From Octopus sinensis (taxonomy: Eukaryota): a stretch of DNA of 64,000 nt. The notes beneath the pieces are model-generated. The model was not told the DNA's origin, ran no database searches, and was given only the letters and a program-made list of their open reading frames with translations. Position 1 is the stretch's first letter. Each line of letters opens with the position of its first letter. The stretch spans positions 15,760,464 through 15,824,463 of the forward strand of contig NC_043011.1 in NCBI RefSeq assembly GCF_006345805.1, written 5' to 3'. The translations under genes and the position numbers were made by a program. This document shows, in pieces, positions 36,851 through 50,200 of this stretch.

Positions 36851-37529
36851 TTGTTCCCGGAAAAAAAAGACAAAAATTCTCAAATTTAGACTAAATCCCT
36901 TGTATTGCAGCTGGTGATAAAAATCACTATAATTTTAGATACAATATTGCAAACAATACATGATAGAAGGGAACTCCTTACTAAGGGCCCTCTTACTAAT
37001 TTGTACGTAAGTTTTGAAAATTTAGACAAGATTTTACAATTCAAATATATTAATCATAATTAAAGTCATGATGCTTGTTGAACGTACGTTTGCCTCCCAA
37101 TCTTAAAGGTAGCATAAATATTCAGATTAACTGGTGTTAAATTAATTTTGTATCCATTGGTTATGTTTCAAACTTGCTTCGTGTAAAACGCAGTAACATT
37201 AAGAAACAAATAAAGTTTAGGAATATGTCTCCAAGAAAGAATTATGGCTAGAAACTCTTCTAGTTTTTATGGATTTAGGGACCATTTACTGTTTGTCGAT
37301 GAAAAATACTTCAAAACTCACATTTCCCAATATGTTTTATACTCATAACTTTTACTAGGCTCAAATATGTAGATTTAATCTTGGAAAGGAACACACACAC
37401 ATACACACAAACAGACATACACAAACACACATGCATATCTATACATTATATATCCGTATCATTTGTGCGAGTATGTGTGTGTGTATGTGAGAGTTTTGTG
37501 GTCATATTTGAATATATATAAGTATGAAT

Positions 37530-37810
37530 ATAGTTGTACACGAGTATGTATGCTTGTACGTATGTGTGTATGTATGTATGTATGTATGTATGTATGTGTG
37601 TGCATGCATGTATGTATGCCTATATATGTATGTGTGTATATATGTATGTATATATGTATGTGTGTATATATGTATGTATGTATATATGTATGCATGTATG
37701 TATGTATGTGTGTATGTATGTATGTGTATATGTATGTGTGTATGTATGTATGTGTGTATGTATGTGAATATGTGTGTATGTATGTGTGTATGCATGTATG
37801 TATGTATATC
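37530..37810. repeat. (ATGT)n-rich microsatellite
   Basis: Directly visible. Confidence 0.95.
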
Positions 37811-39829
37811 TGTATCGGTTTATGCATCCAGATATTCGTTTGTGTATATTCGCGTGTACGAAAAACTATGCCTGAATAGCAGCTGAATGAATCGATAGTT
37901 TTTGCATACAGGCAGTCCCTTAAATAAGAAATGTAGGTGGCATAATAAGAAAATAAAACAAATTACTTACGAGGATCCTTAGGATTGTGTCTTAACTACC
38001 AGGTCGTATTTATTCTCCCTCGTTGCTAACGCTTTATTTCTTCCCGTATAGGAAACTAATATATACAAATATATTCATATATTCTGTGAATAGAGAACAC
38101 GTCTCTGTATAAGATGGTGCGAAAGAAACAGAGGGTGAGAGAAAGCGAGAAAGTGGGGAGTAATGGATGATCACAATAGCATCCATCGAAGCTATTAGTT
38201 ATATCTTATTTGCTGTTGTGGCAGCCAATTTGGCGCCTCTTCTTCTGGAACACATATTTCGTACCTGGTAAACCCATCAGCTTTGTAGCAATAACTCATA
38301 AAGAATTGCGTGCTATGTTCTGCGGAATGGCACGATAACCAAAATATACGCGTGTGTAGGCACAATGAGCATTTATGTGCTTGCATGAGTAACAAGTTTT
38401 ATTCATGCATTAAATCTATTTGTAAATGTTATAATTTAATCTATAAGATGAAATTACAAGAAATTGAATACATAGCCAGACAAAAGAAATATTCCATTAC
38501 CGTTTATTGCATGGTATTGTACTATTTTTCGGCGATATTTTTCTGAAGATTACTTTTGACCGTTACTTCTCCATTATAAGTTTAAAGGAAGTTGGAATAT
38601 GTAAATAAGAGTTTCTGTACGTAACCCACGTTAAAGTAACATTCTGCTACGAAGAGACCGCTTACTTCATATCAGTTTGATAATATTTCATAAATATATC
38701 TTTCCTATTACGTATCGATATTAAATTATTCATTCTTTTCGCGTGTTAAATGAGACTCTCTCTAAAATGATCACCAAAGGCAATGATTCCATTAAGTGTA
38801 GCATCAGCATAAATGATAAGGAAAGTCGGTTATTTCAATATCGTCTCTCATATTTTCTCCGTTAGATTTTCTGAGATCGTCTTTCATACTCACCAACATA
38901 CACACACAAACCTTAGGGAATCAGCTTAACTTGTTTCCAAACGATTCTCAATTTAAATTATATTATTTTAGCGTTAGAAGTACCATTTGGAATAAATTCA
39001 ACAGGAAAGGAACTGGTTTTAATTTCGTGACTAATTTATTAATATGATTTCAGATCTCAACGTGGATGCCTTTTTAAACTAATAAAAGATCGCTAAATCA
39101 GGGGAACATAAATTCCTTAATAAACCTCCACATGCGATGTACTCCTGTATTATCAATATTAAATCCTTTCTAGCAATCTCTCTTTGTGACTATCTACCTG
39201 TGTGTGTATTTAAATGTACGTATGTACATTTAGACGCGTACATTTACGTATTTGTGTGTGCTAGTGTGTGCGAGTGTGTGTGTGTGTGTGCGGGCGAATG
39301 TGTGAGTAAGTGTGCTTGTGTATGTGCGTGTGCCTTGTATGTATGTATTCATGTTAAGGAAAATAAATGCTCATTTAAAGAAAATGAAAATTGTTTTATA
39401 AGAAAGAAAAACTAAACACAAAATCTTTTCAGAATAAAGTAAAACGTTTTATAGCGTGTACGATGTTGGATTTTATTTAGAGAATGCACATGTGAAGTAT
39501 GAACATCTGCGTTTTTATTCCCATTGCATAATTTTCAATAAAATTCATAATTATGTAATATGATGACATTTCGGTAAATATGTCAACTTCTAAAGCTTGG
39601 AGTTTTTTAATAACAACCTCTTACTTCAGTCGAAGTTAACACATTTCTTCGCGGTTCGTAAATTGAATGGAATTCATAGTTTGACGTTTAACTGATTAAT
39701 AGAGAAAACAGGCACAGCTGATCTGCAAATATGAATAGGATCTTTAAGTCACCTTAACAAGTTTTGTAAAAGTTGTGCAGTAGACTCACTATAATAAGGA
39801 TGATGGGGATGATGAATATGACCATGAAC

Positions 39830-40160
39830 ATGATACTACTACTACTACTACTGCTGCTGCTGCTTCTGCTATTACTAATACTACTAATACAACTACTACT
39901 AGTACTACTGCTGCTGCTGCTTCTGCTACTACTACTGCTACTACTGCTGCTACGGTCCCTCCTTCTCCCCCTCCTCCTCCTCCTACTACTACTACTGCTG
40001 CTGCTGCTACTACTTCTACAACAACTACTACAACAAATACTACTACAACTACTACTACTACAACTACTACTACTACTTCCACTACTGCTGCTGCTCCTAC
40101 ATCCCTCCTCCCATTCCCCCACCTCTTCCTCTCCTCCTACCCCTCCTACCCCTCCTACTG
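39830..40160. repeat. (CTA)n/(CTG)n/(CCT)n compound trinucleotide array
   Basis: Directly visible; explains the poly-L/S/V ORFs. Confidence 0.95.
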
Positions 40161-40164
40161 CTGC

Positions 40165-40310
40165 GACACCTTGTGCAACAGTACACGAGTTCCAACGATC
40201 CTGCCACTTTTGGAATCCGTCCTGGAAGACGTTTTCCGTTAGCGAGTCAAGGACCTTCTGCGATTAGCACTGGATCTCGTCATTTATGGTGTCACGAAAA
40301 CCTTCCATTC
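40165..40310 (-). pseudogene. Mariner transposase C-terminal fragment
   Basis: Manual translation DEIQC*SQKVLDSLTENVFQDGFQKWQDRWNSCTVAQG matches the mariner C-terminus (EIQ.ESQ.VLD.L.E.DFQ.AFQ.WQ.RW..C..AQG). Confidence 0.65.
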
Positions 40311-41009
40311 GTTTGGGATATTTTGGTTTCAGTTGGTTCTATGTTTCTAGCACTGTTTTTATAGATTATACGTGTTTAGGGGTGCTTTGTGGGTATGCGA
40401 CGTATTTATTTAAAGCAATACCTGTGCATCTTTGAATATCTTCTAGTTGTTGTTTGTGTCTATGGCCGTGTAATTAGTGACGCCTTATGACAGCTTTTCT
40501 TGATGTTGCTCTCGACTGAAATATTTTTCCTTTGTTGAGGTGTTTGTAATGTTTGTGATTCTTGTCGTGTTGCAGATGCTTGTAATTGCGTTAGTGTGGA
40601 GTCTGTGAGTGTGTGATGGCTTGTTGGTTTCTGTATCTCCTCCTGTAATCTCTTTGTTTTTAACCTTGTTTCACGATTTTCCTTTTGTAATTTTTTCCTT
40701 TTTCCTTTTACCAGAATCAATGCCTGTGGGTTTCCAAGATTCTTTTCCTCGCTAGAACAGTTTTAACAGTAAAAAATAGTGTGGCAGTGAGGACGGGGTA
40801 TGTTTGCACTTTCGCGCATACCTAGGCTGGGGTATAGTCGACTGATGTAGGTGAGGCGAGGCATGATTGAATGGCGTAGTTTCTATTTATATTTTTCTCG
40901 GGTGTGGTACCGGTACTTGTTGCTGATGCTGTTGAATGAATGATTCCTGCTGCTCTTTCTGTTGATGCTGCTGTTATTTTGGTTTTGGATGCTGCTTCTG
41001 TTCCTATTG

Positions 41010-41397
41010 TTATTGTTGTTGCTGTTGCTGTTGAGCGAACGGTCTTCGTCCCACAGCTCGCAAGATGGGAGAAGTCCGAAACGTGGTCCTTTGCTTTTCG
41101 TAAGACCCGCAGAAGATAAAGCAGGTCAACACCCGACACCGAGAGCATCGACGGATGGATGAATGCGCATCCAGCCTTAGCGGTTGCGTAGGAAGTCTCG
41201 GACAAGAAACAGGAAGAAAGAGTGAGAGAAAGTTGGAGAGAAAGAGTACAACAGGGGTCGCCACCACCCCTGCCGGAGCCTCGTGGAGCTTTAGGTGTTT
41301 TCGCTCAATAAACACACACAACGTCCGGTCTGGGAATCGAAACCGCGATCCCCCGACCGCGAGTCCGAAGCCCTAATCACTGGGCCATTGTGCCTCC
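41010..41397 (-). mobile_element. tRNA-derived SINE with a family C-like head but a different 3' half and (CAA/CAG)n tail
   Basis: 41195-41397 aligns with the family C 5' half; 41010-41190 does not match family C. Confidence 0.75.
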
Positions 41398-42820
41398 ACT
41401 GCTGTTGCTGTTATTAATGCGGTTGTTGCTGCTGGTGTAATCTTTCTTTTGTCTTTGACTACATTAACTAGTGGTAAGAACACAGTATCATAGCAACTAT
41501 TCCAACAACCATCGCTTCTCTCGATTTGAAAAGTGTTATTGATAATTTGGCTTTAGAATATCAAATATTAAATCTCAAAATATGTCCTTAAAGTGTGAAA
41601 TCTTGCTTGAGCATCACGCTCCGATTTCAACAGAATTTGGTGTACCAACGCAAGTTTTTATTATACAGCATTAATATGGTAACTAGACACGTATGAATTT
41701 ATATACTCCATTTCGTTTCTGAGAAAGACAAATTCAAGTAATTGTTGATTTCTTGAAATTGTTGTGATGGTTGATTCTAGCCAATACTGATTTCACCGTC
41801 GTGGTACAACTTGTTGGTATGCGGTGTGACAAGATGTCGCAGCCAGTGAAATCGCGCAGTTGCTTTCCAACAGCAGGGCACGAGAATTGTATTCAAGCAT
41901 TCCGCTTTGAAGATCGAACACGTGAGAATACTTCATCCTAATATTTCACACTTGTTCTTTTCTTACCACCTGTTCCATTTCCAAATGCGTTCGCAAATCC
42001 GAAACCAGTACCTTGGACACTTATTACTTTATGTGAGATTATAATAATAGTTGTATCTTTAATGTCGTGGTGATGTCAGCTATTGCTCTTATGATGCCAC
42101 TATTGTCCCCGACATCTACAATACACCTAAACAAAATTTGAATCCTGCAAACGCTCACATATCATGCGCTTCCCATTTCTTTTGAGTGTTCCCTGTATTC
42201 GACCAATCAGCAGCAGAAATATCTGCAACATTTAGTTTCTACACTTAGTCCAAAGACTAAAAAGACTCGTTTCCCATCTTCTCTGCTTCAAGTGTGAGAT
42301 TTGCCTTAAGCAACAACGTGTCTGTCTCGCAACTACCGGAATTCTTATTTCTTAACTACCACCACCATATTTGTCCTGAAGCAGACAATCCAGGCTTCCA
42401 TTTCTATTTATCTAATATAATCCAATACGTGCTGTTACTAAGACACCTTGAATAGAGATGAAATTAGCAACCGATATGACTTTCTACATTAGAGATACAT
42501 TTCTTCTTTGCTTCCAATAACAAGTTTACTATTTAAACATTTGTTACATACACCTGCTCTTTTCGACGCAGGAGTTTGTCGAAATAATGATACAAAGACA
42601 AACCTCAGTTTATGGAGCTTAGGTCATTTTCTTAATGTGAGAAACACTGTTTCATTTCGAAAGAAGACTTAATTCTTACCTGTCAAAATGTTCCACTTAT
42701 AGCAAGTATGCGTTTGTATCACTCCTCATCGATTGTTGTATTATATTACTTTTCGACTTCACTGTTCGTTCTTCCGCTGAGGGGCTTTGTATTTGTGTAT
42801 GTATGTATGTATGTATGTCA

Positions 42821-43200
42821 GGTCACTTTCGAGTGCTACTGGTAACATGTAACCCAGTACAACCTGTTGCATGTCGGGTCGTCGGCGACTAAACCGGCAA
42901 CCCCACCAAGCTTGCTTGGTGAGGAGGGTGTTTATTGGACACCCTGCGGGATGAAAAACAAAACCCGTCAAAGGGCGAAGGAACTCTTGAGAGTCAACGG
43001 CCATCCAATAAATGTGTTAAGGCTGTATCATGCGCGGGGACATAGAAATAATTGGACTGAATGCCCGATCGCGCGGTTAAACCATTGGGAGTGAAGGACT
43101 CTTAGCCTTTATTAGGGCATCCTTTTAGGAGAAGGTAACCCAGGTAACTGGGATAACTCCGGCATAAAACCTGCAGCTCCTCACTTTAAAAAAATCTTCT
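42821..43200 (+). mobile_element. GC-richer, hairpin-rich repeat resembling an RTE LINE 5' UTR
   Basis: Hairpins CACCAAG/CTTGGTG (42904-42921), AGGGTGT/ACACCCT (42925-42945) and CCCAG/CTGGG (43139-43152); the TAGGAGAAGG...CTCCGG..TAAAACC motif recalls RTE 5' UTRs (inference). Confidence 0.3.
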
Positions 43201-43787
43201 TGCACAGGCATTGCACGATAACAACATTGATTAAGCTTCGTGCAATGGCCATACTCGATAACGAGGGGGCAGCCACCGCATGTATGTATATATATATATG
43301 TGTGTGTGTGTGTCTGTGTGTGTATACAGAAGGAAGAAGACTGTGATAAAATATATTGAAATTATTGTTGCTATAACAAAATTGACATGGATGACAGCGA
43401 AATTTACATTTACTTCTAAAAGAGCATCTTTATTCGTAGCCCCTAACACTCCAAAATTCAACGTACAGTTATAGATTTTGCCACACAAACTCTAACAATT
43501 CACTGCAAAACAATTCAAATCTTACAAAGAACAGGTACTTGATTATAGTATCCTGTTGATCAAGGTTCTGTAACCAATAGGCTGATTGCAGTATCAGGAA
43601 ATTAACCCAGAACGCGATTAATCCAATTGATCCAAGCTAAATTTATAGGACTACTAGAGAAACGTAGAACAAGTTTTAAGAAAGATATTTAACTTCAGGT
43701 CAGTTGTAATTTTATAATACAAAGTATGTTCCATATGTGTATAATTATGTGTGTATATATATATATGTGCCAGTATATGTATATATA

Positions 43788-43899
43788 TATATAATTATAA
43801 TAATAATGGTTTTTTGCAACAAGTTGCTTAAACCATATACCGGAAATTTTAGGGTTTAAGCAACTTGTTGCAAAAAACCCTTATTATTATAATTATATA
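43788..43899. repeat. Near-perfect palindrome beside (TA)n
   Basis: 47-bp arms 43788-43834 and 43853-43899 with one mismatch; 18-bp spacer. Confidence 0.93.
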
Positions 43900-43904
43900 A
43901 ATTT

Positions 43905-43999
43905 TTACCGAATATGGTCCTTTTCCATACCGAAATACTGCTAGGTGAAGTTTGTTGATTTTATTAAATTAATTATATTTCACCCTATATCTGTGAAGC
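43905..43999 (+). mobile_element. (TA)n-abutting element end (same family as 28319-28403)
   Basis: Shared ~50-bp 3' end with 28353-28403; preceded by the hairpin TATGG/CCATA and CCGAAA. Confidence 0.65.
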
Positions 44000-44399
44000 A
44001 TATATATATATATATATATATATGTTCATGCACATGTCGGTGAATGCGTGTATCTGTGTTTTCCTTTACACATCCTTTGCCGGCCAAAAATGCTATACTT
44101 TCCTTTTTACCATATAACGCTTTATATACTGCAAGTTAGCTGTTCAATACGTAACTACAATTAATACTATGTCCTTGATACGACCAGTAAAAATTTGAAA
44201 CTAGTGCACCGGTGTGATTGCATTACAGTGGAACGAGTGCAAGAGAAATAAAACTTTGCAAATATTAAATTTGAAGTTCGTTCGAAGTGTAAAAATTTCG
44301 ATACAAATCTTTCTTACGTATAGTGACCTTTTGTTACATATCGTACACTTCACGATATTTGCGGAACATTCTCATTAGATGCTACCAAGTATATATATA

Positions 44400-44469
<70 letters not shown>

Positions 44470-44956
44470 GTATACATACATAAAATAAAGCCTTTGTAGA
44501 GGTCTTGACATACAATAGACAGACAGTCGCAATAGTTTTAGAAATGAGAAATATTTCTGAGAACAGAGAGAGGAATAAAATATATTTATATTGATTATTT
44601 CGTGTCTTTGTTGCAGCATTGCAGCGAGTAAAGTAGATTGTTTAGATAAGTCATTGTGAGATTACGATGTCTGCAGCATGATTTGAAGATTGACAACTAT
44701 ATAACATAAATCACTGGAAGATTCTCCTCCGTTTGGTTTTACAGGGTATTACCAAGTATTATGGATTATTAGTTGGAGCTCTGATGATTTAAATCTCGGA
44801 ACAACATCAGGGTATCGGTCATTGTGTGTAACCGCACATACTGCATCACTGATGTTGCACCATGACAGCGACAAGAGCGCTCCATAGCCTCATACGTATT
44901 ACATAACCTTCTGTTGCTGAGTTCAGTTCTTTCTATGGATCGAACACAATAGTAGC

Positions 44957-45256
44957 GGAGGCACATGGCCTAGTGGTCAGAGCAGCGGATTCGCGGTCGA
45001 GGGATCGCGGGTTCGAATCTCAAACCGGACGATGTGTGTGTTTATGAGCGAAACACGTAAGCTCCACGCTGCTCCGGCAGAAGGTAACGGCGTACTTCTG
45101 CTGACTCTTTCGCCATAACTTTCTCTCACTCTTTCCTCCTGCATCTTGCAGCTCACCTGCGACGGACCGGCGTACCGTCAAGGTGGGGAACCTATACGCC
45201 AATGAAACCAGGAAACCGGCCATTATAAGCCAGGCGTGGCTCGAGAAGGAACAAAC
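44957..45256 (+). mobile_element. Full-length SINE family C
   Basis: Head GGAGGCACATGGCCTAGTGGTCAGAGCAGCGG...GGTTCGAATCTC; body matches 19742-20051. Confidence 0.92.
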
Positions 45257-45650
45257 ATCGAACACAATATTGAGAATCAATTCAATCTCATTTACTTTGA
45301 TTTCTATCATAATTAATGGCACAGATCGAATTTGTCACTGAACATAATTCCTGGTATAGATCTAAGTTTCAAAATGACGGTAATACATGAAATAGACTGA
45401 ATGACATTTGCCTGTACCTTTCTGCTATGAAATTGTTTGTTGTAAAACAGGTCATGCAATATTTAGTGGGTAGCCTTCATGAAAACGTTTTCACAGATAC
45501 AGAAGTAGATCATTTAAATGGTTTACTGAAATATTTTAGTTACTGAAAATATATCAATTTATTTAACAGCTATTTTCATTGGTGTTTTTGTTTTTTTTTA
45601 ACGTGCCATCACGTTTTTTGTGTAGACGTCTTTGTTTACGAAACTTTCTA

Positions 45651-45882
45651 AGGCGGCGAGCTGGGCGAACGTTAGCACGCCGGGCGAAATGCTTAGCCGT
45701 ATTTCGTCTGCCGTTACGTTCTGAGTTCAAATTCCGCCGAGGTCGACTTTGCCTTTCATCCTTTCGGGGTCGATAAATTAAGTACCAGTTACGCAGTGGG
45801 GTCGATGTAATCGACTTAACCCGTTTGTCTGTCCTTGTTTCTCCTCTCTGTGTTTAGCCCCTTGTGGGTAGGAAAGAAATAG
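45651..45882 (+). mobile_element. Full-length SINE family B with ~21-bp TSD
   Basis: TTTGTTTACGAAA(C/T)TTT(C/A)TAA at 45631-45651 and 45885-45905. Confidence 0.92.
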
Positions 45883-47415
45883 TATTTGTTTACGAAATTT
45901 TATAACTTACTATGTTGGCTGTGAATTCTATGGAGATAATCTTAAATACACGTACGCACATATGTATGTGTGCGCGCGTGCGTGTGTGTGTGTATGTACG
46001 TGTGTTTACGTGTGTATACTTACAAGTCAAAATTCCTGCACAGCCAAATTCTACGAAAATGGTAAGAAGCAACACGGTCGTTTTTACTGTAGAAGCCCTT
46101 TACAACAGAATCCAATTCAGAACAAATTGTCTTTGAAGTTTACCTCATTTTGGGTGGATTAATATGAATACAAAACTAACACTTCAAAATGATATATAAA
46201 GATCACACTCGTAGATTACCGCGCTGGAAGAGTCATTTAATGAAACAAGAAATCAATAAATTTTCAATATAGTTATGTAGCAAATGTTCTCATTCATATT
46301 CTTCATATTATTTTGTGTTCCCCATAACGCATTAAATATTCATGCTACTCATTTCTACCGAATTTCAAAATACAATTTTATTTTAAAGCGATATTCAGCC
46401 GGGTTAAATTTGATATAGTTATGGATTTTATTCCCCTCGTACAATATTTTTCCGTTGCTAATTTCAATTTCCGAACATTTCAGCTCACCGAAAATACTTT
46501 ACAATTGTTATTTGAATTCCCTGTAATTGTTGTTTCAGCCATTTATTAATATCAGCCATTCACATATGTAAATATAATACGAGAAAAAAAAGAAGCTTAT
46601 TTTAATAATACAGAAATAATACATAGAGACTTGGGGTATATAATTTTATTTCTTCCTCCTGTTTCAATTGTAGTAAAGAAGACGGCTCGTACATTTCATG
46701 AACTTTAAAGCAAATAATGTGAAGATAACGAACTGCAAGAATAAGCAAATGTGAAATAATAAATTCTATATCTAAGGCACAATTTATCAGTATAGTTATT
46801 TGTCGTATTCGTCTCAGAGTTTATCTCATGTTAACATAGAGAGAAAATTGCGAAAAGGAAATTTAAATTAAAGACTACAAATATTGTTTTCTACTCTGAA
46901 CAAATGCAACAATACGTTATACGGAGCGTACATAATAACTTTTTAATAAAACATTTATCGACAGATGTTTCCAGTTAGCCAACATCGGTCCGCTCTCAAT
47001 ACGAAATCAATAACATGTGATGGTCTTTTTTTTTTCAGACTCTTCAAATAAGCAACCCGCGTCATGAAGTAGAAATAAAGCGTCTAATGAGATGCTTCCC
47101 ACAGTGCAAATGCAAATTTTGATGTTGTGAAATTTGCCAAGTGAAGTTAAATTGTTTCAATGGAGGATCTATTCAGCAGAATCACTTGCCTGATTATCGT
47201 ATTTGAAGACATTGCTGTTCAAATAAGGTCCAATAAAATTAAGTAAGAAGAAAAATATAGATTATCTCATCGATTGACAATAATCCAATAAATGTATTGT
47301 CCAATAAATTCAATGTTACTCTATATACATATGCATACTTATGTATATAAATATGACATATACATACTACATGTTTATATATATATGCATATACTCACAC
47401 ACATAATACACAAGA

Positions 47416-47590
47416 GGCGTAGGTGTGGCTATGTCGTAAGAAGCTTGCTTACCAACCACATGGTTCCGGGTTAAGTCCCACTGCGTGGCACTTTGGGAGA
47501 GTGTCTTCTACTACTATAGCTTCGGGCCCAAACAAAGGTTTGTGAGTGCATTTGGTAGACGGAAACTGAAAGAAGCCCGACGTATATATG
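47416..47590 (+). mobile_element. SINE family A, 5' half ending in (TA)n
   Basis: GGCGTAGGTGTGGCT...CCACTGCGTGGCAC...GGTAGACGGAAACTGAAAGAAGCCC. Confidence 0.85.
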
Positions 47591-47595
47591 TATAC

Positions 47596-47651
<56 letters not shown>

Positions 47652-47783
47652 ATAATCTATATATATATAGACACTTTAAAAATGGGATAAAATCTTTATA
47701 AATTTATCAAGTAGTTAGTGTGAAAAACCTCATAAGAGAAAACATCCACCAATTTTTTTCACTTAAACATAATATTTATATTA

Positions 47784-47940
47784 ATAGAGGAAATTACTAA
47801 ACATCAATGCCACACGCTAGGAGGGACTCTTAAAGTCAAAACTACCCAAATTTATTTTATTATTATTTATTTATTTTGGTAGTAGTCCTCTTTAGAGTCC
47901 CTCCTAGCGTGTGGCATTTATGTATAGTAATGCCCTCTAT
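47784..47940. repeat. Fold-back inverted repeat abutting (TA)n
   Basis: ATAGAGG..ATTACTA.ACAT.AATGCCACACGCTAGGAGGGACTCT versus AGAGTCCCTCCTAGCGTGTGGCATT.ATGT.TAGTAAT..CCTCTAT; arms about 47784-47853 and 47874-47940. Confidence 0.85.
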
Positions 47941-49005
47941 AATATATAATATATATATATATCTATATATATAATATATGTGTGTGGTGTGTTGTGTGTG
48001 TGTGGTTGGAGTCTCCTACAACAGCATGTCGTCCATATCTTATGGGGAGCAGGGATGCATATTCTGCTTGTCCAGGAAGGCAAGGATACTATGCGAGAAT
48101 AGTCCTGTTGAAGACTTGGAATTCCCAGCTTGCTGACGAGTGAAAAGTTATCTCGGATATCGGACTAACTGACACTTTCGGACACACCAGGAACCAGTTG
48201 AACGGAAATATCAACATTTCATCCAGAAGGGGGTTTTGGCTTTGAAGTATTTCGTTTAACGTTTTTACTTTTCACTACTACTGCTAGAGTAAACAGTATT
48301 CTTATCTACATTAATAGAGGTTATGCGCCCCAGGCCAGCAGTCTGAGGAATCATCTATATTATTAGGAGCAATAACAGATGTAAAACCAATGCTATATTT
48401 CTGACCCGGCCCCTATGATCAACGATTAACTTAAATCTTTTATAGTATGCGAATTTTCGGACCAATGAACAACTGACCAAAATATACATACATACATACA
48501 TTCATACACACAACACATAGTGCTTCTGTGTGTGCATGTTTCTTAGAGTCATTAGTAAATATATAGACCAGACACACGTTTTATTTATTCAGGAAGTGTA
48601 ATATGGAGATTCAAGATAAATCGTTAGTTCCAAGGCAAGAATAAAAGGCAAGATAAAACATCAATAAAGATAATGAATTATGTTCCATACAAACCATTCG
48701 GTTTGTATTGAATCTCTGCCTACTACAAACGGAAAATTCCCTACCAGCTGTCACGTCTTCTTGCATCATTGGAAGATGATAGAAGCAAACTATTCTGCTT
48801 GCACCAACTAGCTACATTTGATCACCCACCTGACAAATAGCATTAAGGCAATGGTTAAAGAAAGATACATGATATACATTAATAGACAAATGCCCATGGA
48901 AAAAATTCCTCCAGAACATAGACACATCGCCACCCAAATGGTATATGTATGAGTGTTTTTGTGTATTGTTTATATACACCTATATATTATTGTTATAAAT
49001 ATATA

Positions 49006-49063
<58 letters not shown>

Positions 49064-49340
49064 ATATATATATATATACTCACCCACACACACACACGCA
49101 CACACACCATATTATTATATATATATATGTAAATATAAGTATATATATATGAATAAATATACACATACTATTTAGATATGTACCAGCATTTACTTGTTCT
49201 GACCCAGTCTGATAGGCACAGAAAGTGTGTCAATAGCCAGCTGGAGGAGTTCCCCTGGCCTACACGTTACAATACCATCCACCCTTAAGGGTTAGCGACA
49301 TTTATGTGGCAAATATACTTCACATATATATTATATATAT

Positions 49341-49389
<49 letters not shown>

Positions 49390-49417
49390 TGCATGTATGT
49401 ATGTATGTATGTATGTA

Positions 49418-50200
49418 TCGGGTGCGGTGAATAAACTCTCGTCTAAATTACATAGAAAATGAAAATAACACTGATATCGCATGTTAACAGAATATTTACC
49501 AAAATTCTATAAAAATCTTGAAATACTAGAGAATAAATTTATACAATAAAATCGCATTGGCTTCAACCACACCCTCCACACAACTTCGGCATCTCATGCC
49601 ACTCTTCTGGGCGTCTCTTGCTTTAAGTTGGTAAATACTGCCGTTTTCCTAAACTTCAGTTCATCTCTGTTGTTACCAGGAGTTTAGTTGGTCTCTTGCT
49701 TAATTGTGCCCACAAATATAATCAGGAGGTTGTAGTCTGTGGAGCTAGGTGGCCAGATGTTAGGCATGATGTGGTCGTGGAAATTGTCTGACAGTCATGA
49801 CAGGGTTCACCTTGCGTGGCATGTTGCAGAGTACTGTTGCCAGAATAGGTTTCTCTGGCAGCCACCCTTTTGACCCAGGTCAGCATTACCTAATCTAGGG
49901 ACATATGTAGGCATCTGTGTGGGAGTCTGATGCTTTGTAGGAAGATGAATGATGATATAATATCGCCATCACTAGTGATCATTCAAAATACCATGATAAT
50001 GACTGGATGTTTGATTTTATCACACTCGGTACATGTTCTCTCAGATTGCATTATCTTCAGATTGACATCCAAACACTCTGAAATATTCGTGTTGGAGTTT
50101 CCAGCGCAAATACAAAGCAGTACAGCATGTCATTTCTGAATTTCTGACAGAGTTAATTGTGTCATGGTGCTATTTTCCTCACAGACGTACCCAACTGATC
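49418..50200 (-). mobile_element. Internally deleted DD37D/maT-like Tc1/mariner transposon
   Basis: Minus-strand frames give KHPVIIMVF*MITSDGDI, LTWVKRVAA and degraded QQDSAPCH and WPPNSPD.NPLDY-like segments; the N-terminus MTQLTLSEIQK*HAVLL is joined directly to the catalytic region; one end TA|TCGGGTGCGGTG at 49416-49430. Confidence 0.75.

Noticed and set aside
41045-41110. GAAACGTGGTC half-hammerhead inside the SINE tail
   Set aside because: There is no CUGANGA or stem II 5' strand upstream.
41700-42420. Possible Gypsy LTR retrotransposon gag/pol debris (minus strand)
   Set aside because: Only a loose resemblance (KYSHVFD...GML), too degraded to call without a profile search.
42821-43200. 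HDV-like ribozyme in the RTE 5' UTR-like repeat
   Set aside because: A P4-like hairpin and a 3' motif are suggestive, but I could not assign consistent P1, P2, P3 and L3 elements by hand. An Infernal or RNAbob HDV search would be needed.
44776-44812. CTGATGA...GGAAC hammerhead-like motif next to the duplication boundary
   Set aside because: Stem II is incomplete, GAAA is mutated and there is no stem III. The position next to the boundary is probably coincidental.
47700-47745. Degenerate hammerhead in the 47650-47945 element (minus strand CTTATGAGG...ACTAACTAC)
   Set aside because: It needs at least four changes to reach a canonical core and cannot be supported from this copy alone.
48130-48190. 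CTGACGAG motif
   Set aside because: The GAAA-like partner lies on the opposite strand, so there is no coherent fold.
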